Positions 37,639 through 46,679 of a stretch of DNA of 64,000 nucleotides are shown one piece after another. The notes below the pieces were generated by a model. The model saw only the letters and a program-made list of their open reading frames with translations, did not search any database and had not been told where the DNA came from. The stretch's first letter is position 1, and every line of letters begins with the position of its first letter. The position numbers and the translations under genes are program-made. Source of the DNA: an uncultured Gammaproteobacteria bacterium (GTDB lineage: Bacteria > Patescibacteriota > Patescibacteriia > JAHIZJ01); the NCBI GenBank assembly GCA_964371245.1, contig CAYJKP010000002.1:102960-166959 (forward strand). The letters run 5' to 3'.

Positions 37639-38257
37639 GGTGTTGTTTCTTTGTGACGCGCGCGCCGGTCCGCAAGATGCGTTTTCCGCGACTGGTGAAT
37701 TGGATGATGTGTGACGGTCGGCTATTCGGCAAACGACCCGCGTCGATCACAAGGTCGGGCTGGCCCGATCGGCGACGAAATTGTTTCAGTATCGTTCGAA
37801 TCGAGTTGCTCGCGGGTTGTCCGCTGATATTCGCGCTGGTAGCCGTGATCGGCTGACCATAAGATGTTAGGAGCGCGATAACGAAGCGCTGCCGCGGCCA
37901 ACGGACCGCGATCGTCTTCCGCTGTCCCGTGAGCCAAAGTGGAACGCGCTTCTGTTTCGGCAGTACCACCGTCACCGGGCCAGGCCAAACCGGTTTCAGG
38001 TTTTTTGCATCACGCACGGTTGTAGCGGCAACGTGTTTAAGTTGCGCCTGATTCGCGATCAAAACCGAAATCCCCTTCCGCGCTGACCGCCCTTTGATGG
38101 CCAGTATTTTTTTATACGCGCCCTGACTGAACGGATCGGCGCCAAGACCATAGAGCGTATCCGTTGGATAGACGATCGTGCCGCCGCGTCGCAGAATCCG
38201 GCAGGCGCGCCGGATAATTGACGCTTGGCGTGAGGCTGTCAGCCGGACAATTTCCAT
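37631..38257 (-). CDS. tsaC: L-threonylcarbamoyladenylate synthase (TsaC/Sua5/YrdC)
   Basis: YPTDTLYGL, KGR, WPGPVT, TSANISG. Confidence 0.94.
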   Translation of the reverse strand: MEIVRLTASRQASIIRRACRILRRGGTIVYPTDTLYGLGADPFSQGAYKKILAIKGRSARKGISVLIANQAQLKHVAATTVRDAKNLKPVWPGPVTVVLPKQKRVPLWLTGQRKTIAVRWPRQRFVIALLTSYGQPITATSANISGQPASNSIRTILKQFRRRSGQPDLVIDAGRLPNSRPSHIIQFTSRGKRILRTGARVTKKQHHV

Positions 38258-38266
38258 GTCGGCAAA

Positions 38267-39430
38267 TTAAATTACGTTGATAAAGAGGGAAAATATCGCC
38301 GCGATCCAAAACAGCGTATTCAAGCCGATGGCGCCGACCAGGAAAAATAACAAGATAAAAACAATAATCCGACCGATATTGAGTGACATTTCGCGGAAGA
38401 CGCTCATTTCATCGACGTAATGGCCGGCATCGGCCATTTGTTCATAGGTCAAGGCGTCGAATGGCGTCCGCATAACCGTACTGGCGAGGTTGTGATAGGT
38501 TGAGGCGATAAAAATCTGATAGCCGGTCGTGACAAACGTCTTCGCACCCCAGCCGATCGCGTAAATCACCGTGCCCCAGCGAAGCAGTTTGTGTTTGGAA
38601 AAGGCGTCGGTAAACCGCCCCATGATGAGCTGCACGACGATCGTCACAAAAACCGCCAACGTAGAGACGGCGCCGATTTCGAAATAGTTGTGATTCAATA
38701 TTTGGTAGATAAAGAGCGGCCAGATGGACAGACCGATTCCATTTTCAGCCCCCTCGGCGGCATAGGCAAACAACAAACGCCGGTGCTTCGTAAAAAGGAG
38801 GCGGTAGGTTTCAAAATAGCCGTAGGAAAACTTTTCTCTCACCGGACGAGTGAAGATCAGGGGGAAGATCGACAGAAAGACTAATATAACCACAATAATT
38901 AAGAGATTTTGGTACCCATATTTGGCAATGATGAAGCCGGCCGCGATCGGAATGGTGATGCCGACCAGATCGGCGATGGCATTGAAATAGCTGAGTTGCC
39001 GGCCGCGATTTCGGCGGCTCGTGAACTCAGCCAGCTCGGTGTGATACGGCACCCAGTATAAACACCGCCAGATAGTTGTCATCCCGATTGCAATCAAGAT
39101 AAAGGTCCAAACGCCGTTTTGAACAAAATAATACGCGACGTAGGAAAGCGCTAAAAACGGTATGCCGATCATCATTGACCGCTTCAAGCCCAGCCGGCTC
39201 ATCGCCCGGGCGCCCGGCTGGATGAACAGGAGGTAGGCCAACCATTCGAGGATGTAAAACACGATCACCGCCTTGAGCGAGAAATTCAGCTTCTCGTACA
39301 AAAAGATGGGCAAAAATATGCCCAGCAGGCTCGTGGCCGCATTCTGAATCAAGCGCTGCGAATAGAGCGCGATGATGTCGGGCGTGAACTTTCCCTTTGG
39401 TTTTTCGAGTGAAAAGGTCTCTTTAGACAT
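38267..39430 (-). CDS. MFS transporter, paralog of 36472-37638
   Basis: About 12 TMs; 'LYWVPYH', 'PIAAG', 'WPLFI'. Confidence 0.85.
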   Translation of the reverse strand: MSKETFSLEKPKGKFTPDIIALYSQRLIQNAATSLLGIFLPIFLYEKLNFSLKAVIVFYILEWLAYLLFIQPGARAMSRLGLKRSMMIGIPFLALSYVAYYFVQNGVWTFILIAIGMTTIWRCLYWVPYHTELAEFTSRRNRGRQLSYFNAIADLVGITIPIAAGFIIAKYGYQNLLIIVVILVFLSIFPLIFTRPVREKFSYGYFETYRLLFTKHRRLLFAYAAEGAENGIGLSIWPLFIYQILNHNYFEIGAVSTLAVFVTIVVQLIMGRFTDAFSKHKLLRWGTVIYAIGWGAKTFVTTGYQIFIASTYHNLASTVMRTPFDALTYEQMADAGHYVDEMSVFREMSLNIGRIIVFILLFFLVGAIGLNTLFWIAAIFSLFINVI

Positions 39431-42400
39431 TCGGGACGACCAGATTTATTATTTTTCCTTTGACGTAGATTATTTTTTTCGGCTGCTGGCCGCTCAGGGA
39501 TTTCCGGATTTTCTCGCGCGACAACGTCTGTTTGGTAACCTCGTCTTCAGTCGCCTCGGCCGAGACAGTGATCCGGTCGCGCATTTTACCGTTGACCTGG
39601 ATGATAATTTCAATTTCGGCATCATGCAAGAATCGTTCATCCGTCGTTGGCCAGCCGGCGGCTGAGGCCAGTCCCTTGCCCCCGTGTTGAGCCCATAGTT
39701 CCTCGGCGAGATGAGGCGCAAACGGCGATAGAATCCGAACGAAGGCAGCAAAATCAGAGCTGCTAATTTCGCCCGCTTGACCCAGGTGATTAATAAAAAT
39801 CATCAGCGCGCTGACCGCCGTATTGAACTTGAACGCCTCGAGATCGTGGCTGACCTTTTGAATTGTCCGATGAAGGAGTTTTTCCGTGGTCGCGTTGGTC
39901 TGTTGACCGATTTTTTTCTGGCTGTCCCAAACCTTGTCCAGAAAACGCCGGACGCCGATCAACCCTTGGGTCGACCAAGGAATCGTGTCCTCGAACGGCC
40001 CCATAAACATCTCGTAAATCCGTAGGCTGTCAGCGCCGTATTGTTTCACCAGATCATCGGGATTGATAACGTTACCGAAGCTTTTCGACATTTTGCGTCC
40101 GTCCTCAGCCAGAACAATGCCGTGCGAATGCCGCCGCCGATACGGTTCGGGATGAGGCACCAGGCCCTGATCGTATAAAAACTTGTGCCAGAAACGGGAA
40201 TACAAAAGATGCAGGGTCGTGTGTTCCATGCCGCCGTTATAAATATCAACCGGCAACCAATAATCGAGCTTTTTCCGATCGGCGAAAACGGCCGGATTGT
40301 GCGGGTCGCAAAAACGCAGGTAGTACCACGACGAACCCGCCCAATTCGGCATCGTGTCGGTTTCGCGTTTCGCCGGCTTCTGGCAAATCGGGCATTTTGT
40401 GTTTACCCATTTTTTTATGCCGGCCAGGGGCGACTCGCCTGTATCCGTCGGTTGGTATTTTTTGACGTACGGCAATTCCACCGGCAGTTGGTCCTCCGGC
40501 ACGGGCACCGGACCATGTTCGGGACAATGAATGATCGGAATCGGCTCGCCCCAGTAGTGCTGGCGGGAAAACACCCAGTCGCGAAGTTTGTATTGGACGG
40601 CTGGCGCGCCAAACGCCTTGGCCATTTTTCCGATCGCCTCGTTGGATGACAACCCGTTATACGGGCCGGAATTGCAGACAACGCCTTCACCGGTGTAACA
40701 ATTAGAATCCGACACGTAGGCCTCCCAGATGTATTTGAAGGAGGCTAAATTCAACCATTCGCCCATTTTTGCTTTTTCTATCCAAACCGCCGTATGATGT
40801 TTCGTGTGTTCATCCGAAACTGGCTCCCTCGTTTCATCGACCAGTTCAAAAAGCATGCCCTGCCCGTACGCATACCGGTTTTCGTCTTTGTGCGTGGCGA
40901 AAAAATGATTGTGCTGCTCGCCGCCAAGGTTTTTTACGAACTTCAAATTCAGATAACCGGTTTCTTCGCGGATTTCCCGACGGGCCGCATCCTCATAGCT
41001 TTCCCCCTCATCAACGCCGCCGATAATACCGGAACGCCAGTCGTATTTTTCCCAGTCCAGGCATAAAAAGGCGTTTTTCTTTTTGCTGTAAACCAGGGCG
41101 TAGGCTGTTTTGCGTTTTACTGTTTTCTTATCCGGTCGGAGCGCGTCTTTGTCTTCCGCATTTTTTGTAAAATATGGCGCAATCACCTGACGGATCGGTA
41201 AATCATATTTTTTCGCGAACTCATAATCCCGCTCGTCATGAGCCGGCACGGCCATGATCGCGCCCGTACCGTAACTCAACAGCACATAGTCGGCCACCCA
41301 AATTGGAATTTCCTCATTGTTCGCCGGATTAATCGCTTTCACTCCTTTCAACTCAACGCCGGTTTTTTCTTTGGCTAAATCCGTCCGGTCCAAATCCGAC
41401 TTCTTCGCCGCTTTCTCGATATATTTTTTAACCTCTCCAAAATTTTGAATTTTGAATTTTGAATTTTGAATTATCTCATGCTCCGGCGCCACGACCAAAT
41501 ACGTGGCTCCGAAAATCGTATCCGGCCGCGTCGTGAAGACTGGTATCGCCGGACTCAATAGCCGGCAGAGCGCGTCCGAATACGGCTTCAATTCAATATA
41601 TTCTTCGGCCGCGGTTTGATCATACGGATAGCGTCCGGTCGCTTTTACGTGATACAACGACCGGAGCGGAAAATGCCAGTCGACTTTCTCGTGCGGTTTC
41701 GTCAAGAGAATAATATCGCGGCGTCCCTGGCTCTGAGTTTCGCGACCATCAGGGGTAAGCAACACCAGTGCGTCGATCCAGTATCCGGCCACGCCGGCTG
41801 GCTGCTTCTCTGCGATCGCTTTGTAAAAATTTAATATCGCCTGTCCGATTTTTTCCGGTGATAAGTTCTTTTCAGTGCGGCCGCGGAAGGCATTTCGCTT
41901 CACCTGCGCCGGGTCGATCATTTCGCCATCAATGAAAAGACCGGTGTCAGTGCCGAGAATCGGCAGATCGGTTTTACCGAAATACGCCTTAGCTTTCCGT
42001 CGGGCGTTTTCGACGAGGTTGCTCTCTTCCGTTACGTCGACGGTTGATAATCCGATTTCCGCCGGCGTAACGACTGACACATTCGGTAAATATTTTGCGA
42101 GCAGTTTTTTGACTCGGTCAACCTTGCTCGGGTTATTCGTGGCTAGCAATACTTTTTTTACCTCAGAGTTTTGAACTCGAAATTGTATTTCCGCCCCTTC
42201 GCTCCGGCCGATCCAATTGACTTGCTGGGTTTTTATCTTCTTCAAATAGTCGACTGTATCCAAATCTTTCAACAACCGATCAGCATAGGCGGTTATTTTT
42301 AACATCCATTGTTTCTGAAGCCGCCGCGTTACCGGCGTGCCGCAGCGCTCGCACTTGCCGCCGATCACCTCTTCATTGGCTAAGCCGATTTTATCTTTCG

Positions 42401-42896
42401 GACACCAGTTGATCGGGATCGTCGCTTGATAGGCCAAGCCCTTTTTATACAATTGGAGAAAAATCCACTGGGTCCATTTGTAATAGTTTGGGTCGGTCGT
42501 ATCGATTTCGCGCGACCAGTCAAACGAGAGGCCGAGCGACTTCATTTGTTTCCGAAAGGTGGCGATGTTTGTATCGGTCGCTTGGCGGGGATGGACGCCC
42601 GTTTTGATGGCATAGTTTTCCGTCGGCAAGCCGAACGCGTCCCAACCAATGGGATAGAGCACGGCAAAACCTTTCAGGCGGCTATACCGCGCCAGGGCGT
42701 CGATGGCACTATAACTGCGAACGTGGCCGACGTGAAGCCCGTCGCCCGAAGGATAGGGGAACTCAACCAAGAGATAGCGTTTTGTCCGCTCGGTATTTTC
42801 CGGCGCCTCAAATGCCGCCTGTTCCAACCAGGTTTTTTGCCACTTCCGTTCAATTTTTTCCGGCTGATACCGTGTTCGTCGCGAAGGCAGAGGCAT
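39423..42896 (-). CDS. leuS: Leucine-tRNA ligase with HAM1-like and Nudix domain insertions
   Basis: PYPSGDGLHVGH, FTTRPDT, GTGAIMAVPAHD, KMSKS; ATG at 42896 preferred. Confidence 0.96.
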   Translation of the reverse strand: MPLPSRRTRYQPEKIERKWQKTWLEQAAFEAPENTERTKRYLLVEFPYPSGDGLHVGHVRSYSAIDALARYSRLKGFAVLYPIGWDAFGLPTENYAIKTGVHPRQATDTNIATFRKQMKSLGLSFDWSREIDTTDPNYYKWTQWIFLQLYKKGLAYQATIPINWCPKDKIGLANEEVIGGKCERCGTPVTRRLQKQWMLKITAYADRLLKDLDTVDYLKKIKTQQVNWIGRSEGAEIQFRVQNSEVKKVLLATNNPSKVDRVKKLLAKYLPNVSVVTPAEIGLSTVDVTEESNLVENARRKAKAYFGKTDLPILGTDTGLFIDGEMIDPAQVKRNAFRGRTEKNLSPEKIGQAILNFYKAIAEKQPAGVAGYWIDALVLLTPDGRETQSQGRRDIILLTKPHEKVDWHFPLRSLYHVKATGRYPYDQTAAEEYIELKPYSDALCRLLSPAIPVFTTRPDTIFGATYLVVAPEHEIIQNSKFKIQNFGEVKKYIEKAAKKSDLDRTDLAKEKTGVELKGVKAINPANNEEIPIWVADYVLLSYGTGAIMAVPAHDERDYEFAKKYDLPIRQVIAPYFTKNAEDKDALRPDKKTVKRKTAYALVYSKKKNAFLCLDWEKYDWRSGIIGGVDEGESYEDAARREIREETGYLNLKFVKNLGGEQHNHFFATHKDENRYAYGQGMLFELVDETREPVSDEHTKHHTAVWIEKAKMGEWLNLASFKYIWEAYVSDSNCYTGEGVVCNSGPYNGLSSNEAIGKMAKAFGAPAVQYKLRDWVFSRQHYWGEPIPIIHCPEHGPVPVPEDQLPVELPYVKKYQPTDTGESPLAGIKKWVNTKCPICQKPAKRETDTMPNWAGSSWYYLRFCDPHNPAVFADRKKLDYWLPVDIYNGGMEHTTLHLLYSRFWHKFLYDQGLVPHPEPYRRRHSHGIVLAEDGRKMSKSFGNVINPDDLVKQYGADSLRIYEMFMGPFEDTIPWSTQGLIGVRRFLDKVWDSQKKIGQQTNATTEKLLHRTIQKVSHDLEAFKFNTAVSALMIFINHLGQAGEISSSDFAAFVRILSPFAPHLAEELWAQHGGKGLASAAGWPTTDERFLHDAEIEIIIQVNGKMRDRITVSAEATEDEVTKQTLSREKIRKSLSGQQPKKIIYVKGKIINLVVPNV
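41441..41472. repeat. Heptanucleotide tandem repeat inside leuS
   Basis: (AATTTTG)x4 plus AATT; encodes IQNSKFKIQNF. Confidence 0.85.
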
Positions 42897-42991
42897 GATC
42901 ACAATACAATTAATTAATCGACGGCTCGTCTTCAAAAGCATATCATTTTTTTGGGGTTTTGCCACGTGAAAATCCATCATACGACTATACC

Positions 42992-43020
42992 TTGACAGTA
43001 CCGGCATCGCATGATAACCT
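42992..43020 (+). promoter_or_regulatory. Sigma70 promoter for the M23 peptidase gene
   Basis: TTGACA-17 (TG)-TAACCT. Confidence 0.5.
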
Positions 43021-43073
43021 ACTAAATATCAAAACGAAGTGATGCAATAACGTAGCTAATATTAGCCAATTAA

Positions 43074-44447
43074 TTGGCTATTATTTCACGATTAAGGCCA
43101 AAGGCCATTAGCATTTACCTCAAAAAATACAGTCTTACCGCCCTCCGCCAGATCATGCGCGGACTTTCTTATTTATTCAAAGGTTTGGCTCGGATGCTCA
43201 ACCTGGTAATGATTCGACCGATTCGAGTTATTGGCCGCGTCCTCCTCCGCTCCGTCCTTCCGCGCATTTACCTGACTGTTTATTTTCCGATTAAGCGGCG
43301 ATTGATTGAGCGGTTTGCCTTTGCTAAAAGCAAAATTTGGTATCCATTTGCATCGAAATATATCCTGCATTTCTTTCTCCTCGTCATGGCCGGCGGCGTT
43401 TTAGCGCATAGCATAAAAACTCGCGCGGTTTCAGCCGAAGAATTTGGCTCGGATAGTTTGATCAGCCAGTTTATCGGCTTGGATAATCAGATCATCGAAG
43501 AAACTGCCAACGCGACGCCGACGACATCAATGAGCTATCTGAATCAAAAAGGGCTTGTCGGCGGCTCGAACCTTGAAACGCAGGGACCGGCTCCGGATGA
43601 GAGCGAGAACCTCAATCTCTCCCTGGCTCAAGGCGGCAGCTCGATTGTCAAACCGAATATACCAACCACGGAAATCACCGACCAGCCGCGCGAGCTAGTG
43701 GACTATTACGTCGTCCAGGGCGGTGACACGGTCAGTACGATTGCCGATCAATTTAACGTCTCCACGAACACTATTCTCTGGGAAAACCGGCTGGGCGCCA
43801 AGGATTATATTAAACCTGGCGATAAGCTGACTATTCTTCCGACCAGCGGCGTTTCGCATCAGATCAAAAAGGGCGACACCATTGCCAGTATCGCGAAAAA
43901 ATATGGCGTTGAAACCCAGGCGATCATTGATTACAACCAACTCGCCTCCGCCGATGCCATCCAAGTCGATCAAATATTGATCGTGCCGGGCGGCATCGCG
44001 CCGGAAACCATCGCGCCGGCGGCGCCGGCTACTGGCCTCGGTCGCTATGTTAGTGGTGGAACGCCTCCGCCCCCGGCCCGGGTCCCAGCCTCGCAAAAAA
44101 TGCTCTGGCCGACCGGCAGCCACCGCATTAACCAGTACTTTGGTTTTCGTCATACTGGTCTCGATATTGATGGGAATATCGGCTCGCCTATTTATGCCGC
44201 CGAGGGTGGTCGCGTCGAAGTTGTCGGCTGGGGAAAAGGGTACGGTCTGCATGTCATTATTAACCATGGCGGTGGCAAAAAGACGCTCTACGGGCATTTC
44301 AGCAAGGCATACGTAAATTCCGGCCAGCAGGTAAACAAAGGCGACTCAATCGGTCTCATGGGTTGCACCGGCTGGTGCACTGGCCCGCATCTCCACTTTG
44401 AGGTCATCGTCAACGGGAAAAAGATCAATCCGCTGTCATATCTCTAA
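43074..44447 (+). CDS. M23 family peptidoglycan endopeptidase with two LysM domains
   Basis: YVVQGGDT..IA, HQIKKGDT..IA; HTGLD, YGH, GPHLHFEV. Confidence 0.93.
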   Translation: MAIISRLRPKAISIYLKKYSLTALRQIMRGLSYLFKGLARMLNLVMIRPIRVIGRVLLRSVLPRIYLTVYFPIKRRLIERFAFAKSKIWYPFASKYILHFFLLVMAGGVLAHSIKTRAVSAEEFGSDSLISQFIGLDNQIIEETANATPTTSMSYLNQKGLVGGSNLETQGPAPDESENLNLSLAQGGSSIVKPNIPTTEITDQPRELVDYYVVQGGDTVSTIADQFNVSTNTILWENRLGAKDYIKPGDKLTILPTSGVSHQIKKGDTIASIAKKYGVETQAIIDYNQLASADAIQVDQILIVPGGIAPETIAPAAPATGLGRYVSGGTPPPPARVPASQKMLWPTGSHRINQYFGFRHTGLDIDGNIGSPIYAAEGGRVEVVGWGKGYGLHVIINHGGGKKTLYGHFSKAYVNSGQQVNKGDSIGLMGCTGWCTGPHLHFEVIVNGKKINPLSYL

Positions 44448-44470
44448 ATCAACATATTCCGAGATTCTAT

Positions 44471-44496
44471 AAGGCGGTCGAATGACCGCCTTTTTT
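44471..44496 (+). terminator. Intrinsic terminator
   Basis: AAGGCGGTC-GAAT-GACCGCC-T6. Confidence 0.8.
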
Positions 44497-44541
44497 GTTG
44501 ATAACTGCATTGACAGCCTTATAATATGATGAAATAATATA

Positions 44542-44746
44542 TCCGGATGGGAGTTCTGCCTGCAGACTTCCGGACAGGGCAACTGACGCCTTCGCATGGA
44601 CCGACCTCCTCTGGTGTATCCGACTGACCGGCATGGTCGCCTTCCTGAAAGGAGGAAGCGAATGCACAAAGTCGCTGTGCGGTAGGTAGAGGGGCCAACC
44701 CATTGCTGCGCCATGGCTCCGTGGTAATGTGGTGAGCCCGCTCGGA
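44542..44746 (+). ncRNA. Candidate structured RNA (6S-like rod or long leader)
   Basis: Nested complementary segments found by eye (see findings); TTGACA at 44510. Confidence 0.4.
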
Positions 44747-44816
44747 CCTGATCGTTCAACCTGAGCCTGGATCGTGTCTCTGTACCACAACCACCCCGAA
44801 CGGGAGGAAAGGTACG

Positions 44817-44957
44817 ATGCCCAAGAACCACAGGTCGGCGCCCGGATGTGGGCCGCCGATGTTCGCGCAGGTTCTGTCGAAGATGAAGGCCACGACCAAG
44901 GTCGCCAAGAAGAACGCCGGCACGATCGCCGCCGAGATGGAGGAGACCGGGAGCTAG
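44817..44957 (+). CDS. Small protein (46 aa), below the ORF-track cutoff
   Basis: GGGAGGAAAGG SD; MPKNHRSAPGCGPPMFAQVLSKMKATTKVAKKNAGTIAAEMEETGS; nearly all codons end in G/C; terminator downstream. Confidence 0.5.
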   Translation: MPKNHRSAPGCGPPMFAQVLSKMKATTKVAKKNAGTIAAEMEETGS

Positions 44958-45012
44958 CGCGTCACCTGCGCCGACCCGGTACGTTCGAACACCCCGCCAT
45001 GGGCGGGAACCA

Positions 45013-45057
45013 GGGCGCGCGTGATCTACCCAGATCCGCCGCCCGTTTTATTTTTTT
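45013..45057 (+). terminator. Intrinsic terminator
   Basis: GGGCG..GATCT-ACCC-AGATC..CGCCC followed by a long T-tract. Confidence 0.6.
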
Positions 45058-45225
45058 AGGTCAAGTGAAGAATTTTAGAAATCATCCCCGACGTGACCGG
45101 GGATCAGAAAGAAGAACATCAGTTGTCACGTTGCGGGACTACAATAATTATTACTTCTGAATTTTGAATTCAGCAGTTTATTAATATACCAAAATTATTG
45201 CTTTCCCTAGCCTATATTGCCCACA

Positions 45226-45254
45226 TTGACAGGAATCCGCGGCCGTGATAGACT
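45226..45254 (+). promoter_or_regulatory. Sigma70 promoter for the RRM gene
   Basis: TTGACA-17 (TG)-TAGACT. Confidence 0.6.
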
Positions 45255-45349
45255 GACCGCGCTTATCGTTTTGGGACAATCTAATGGTAACATTAGAGGA
45301 TAAAGGTCTCCCGAAATTAGAGAGCGCTCTAATTAAGTGAACAGTACAA

Positions 45350-45685
45350 ATGGCAAAAAAACTGTACGTCGGAGGTTTATCCTACGATGTTACCGACGCC
45401 CAGCTGAACGAGTTCTTCGCTCAAGCCGGGACCGTTGAGTCCGCTTCTGTGATCATCGACCGAATGACCGGCCGCTCGCGCGGTTTCGGCTTCGTCGAGA
45501 TGGCCTCGGATGAGGACGCGAAAAAAGCGGTCGAAACCCTGAACGGTCAGGAATTCGCCGGACGGACCATTACCGTCAATGAAGCCCGACCCATGGCTGA
45601 TCGCCCCCGCGGCGGTGGCGGTGGCGGCGGTTTCGGTGGCGGACGCGGTGGACGCGGTGGCTTCCAGCAACGACGCGACTACTAA
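45350..45685 (+). CDS. RRM RNA-binding protein with Gly-rich tail
   Basis: RNP2 KLYVGGL, RNP1 RGFGFVEM, RGG tail. Confidence 0.95.
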   Translation: MAKKLYVGGLSYDVTDAQLNEFFAQAGTVESASVIIDRMTGRSRGFGFVEMASDEDAKKAVETLNGQEFAGRTITVNEARPMADRPRGGGGGGGFGGGRGGRGGFQQRRDY

Positions 45686-45704
45686 GCTTCGATACGAAGT
45701 TTCG

Positions 45705-45736
45705 AAAAAAAGACCTTCTCTACGGAAGGTCTTTTT
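45705..45736. terminator. Bidirectional terminator
   Basis: A-tract, GACCTTC..GAAGGTC stem, T-tract, between convergent genes. Confidence 0.75.
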
Positions 45737-45812
45737 GGTCGATGACAAAGAAAATCATCGGCGGGACGCCTCGGATTGGTAGTTTAATAAACATATATTT
45801 CGATAATCAATG

Positions 45813-46679
45813 TCATTCCATCACCCGGTACTGTAATGCCTCCGCCACCTGATGTATTTGAATCGTATTACTGCCCTCAAGATCGGCAATCGTCCGGCTG
45901 ACTTTCAGCAGGCGCGAGTATGACCGCGCCGAGAGCTGCAACCGAGTCATGGCCGAGCGGAGGAGGTCACCGGTTTTACTATCCAATACACAATGCCGCG
46001 CGATCTCCCGACTGTCCATTTCCGAGTTCGCATATTTCGACTGGCCAGGAAAACGTTGACGCTGGATCAGCCGTGCCGCAATAACGCGTTGACGGATCGT
46101 TTCGGAATTCTCCGCCGGCTGCCGCGATGTCAATTCATCATACTTTACCCGTGGTACAGGAAGGTGGAGATCGATCCGGTCGAGTAAAGGACCAGATATT
46201 TTTTTTCGATAGTATGAAACTTGTTGCGTTGAACAGGTGCAAGCCTTTTCTTTATCACCAAAAAAACCGCACGGGCAGGGATTTTGGGCGGCCACGAGGA
46301 TAAATCGCGCCGGAAAACGCAGGCTGCCGTGCACCCGACTGACATGGATGACGCCGTCCTCAAGCGGTTGGCGCAGACTCTCGAGAACCACCCGGGGGAA
46401 TTCCGGCAGTTCGTCGAGAAACAACACGCCTCGATGGGCCAATGAGATTTCGCCGGGCCGGGGAATCCGTCCGCCGCCGATCAGCGAGGCGGCTGAGGCG
46501 GTATGGTGCGGCGAACGGAATGGCCGTTGCCAGATCATCGGCCGTTCCGGTGCGATCAAACCGGCGATGCTGTAAATCTGGGTGACCTCGACCGATTCTT
46601 CCAGCTCAAGCTCAGGCAAGATCGAAATGAGGGCTTTGGCCAAAAGGGTCTTCCCTGAACCGGGCGGTCCGGAAAAAAG
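45813..46679 (-). CDS. comM: ComM/YifB Mg-chelatase-like ATPase, 3' part (interrupted gene)
   Basis: Begins at (L)FSGPPGSGKT; RPFRSPHH, PGEISLAHRGVLFLDE, NPCPCG, SGPLLDRID, LSAR. Confidence 0.93.
   Translation of the reverse strand, partial: LFSGPPGSGKTLLAKALISILPELELEESVEVTQIYSIAGLIAPERPMIWQRPFRSPHHTASAASLIGGGRIPRPGEISLAHRGVLFLDELPEFPRVVLESLRQPLEDGVIHVSRVHGSLRFPARFILVAAQNPCPCGFFGDKEKACTCSTQQVSYYRKKISGPLLDRIDLHLPVPRVKYDELTSRQPAENSETIRQRVIAARLIQRQRFPGQSKYANSEMDSREIARHCVLDSKTGDLLRSAMTRLQLSARSYSRLLKVSRTIADLEGSNTIQIHQVAEALQYRVME

Noticed and set aside
40700-42161. Inteins in leuS
   Set aside because: No N-terminal Cys/Ser with C-terminal His-Asn splice motifs and no LAGLIDADG blocks; the inserts look like HAM1 and Nudix enzymes.
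44436-45160. ORF-track proteins 44436-44831, 44467-44790 and 44774-45160
   Set aside because: They cross terminators or promoters and lack an SD; the 46-aa ORF at 44817 has better signals.
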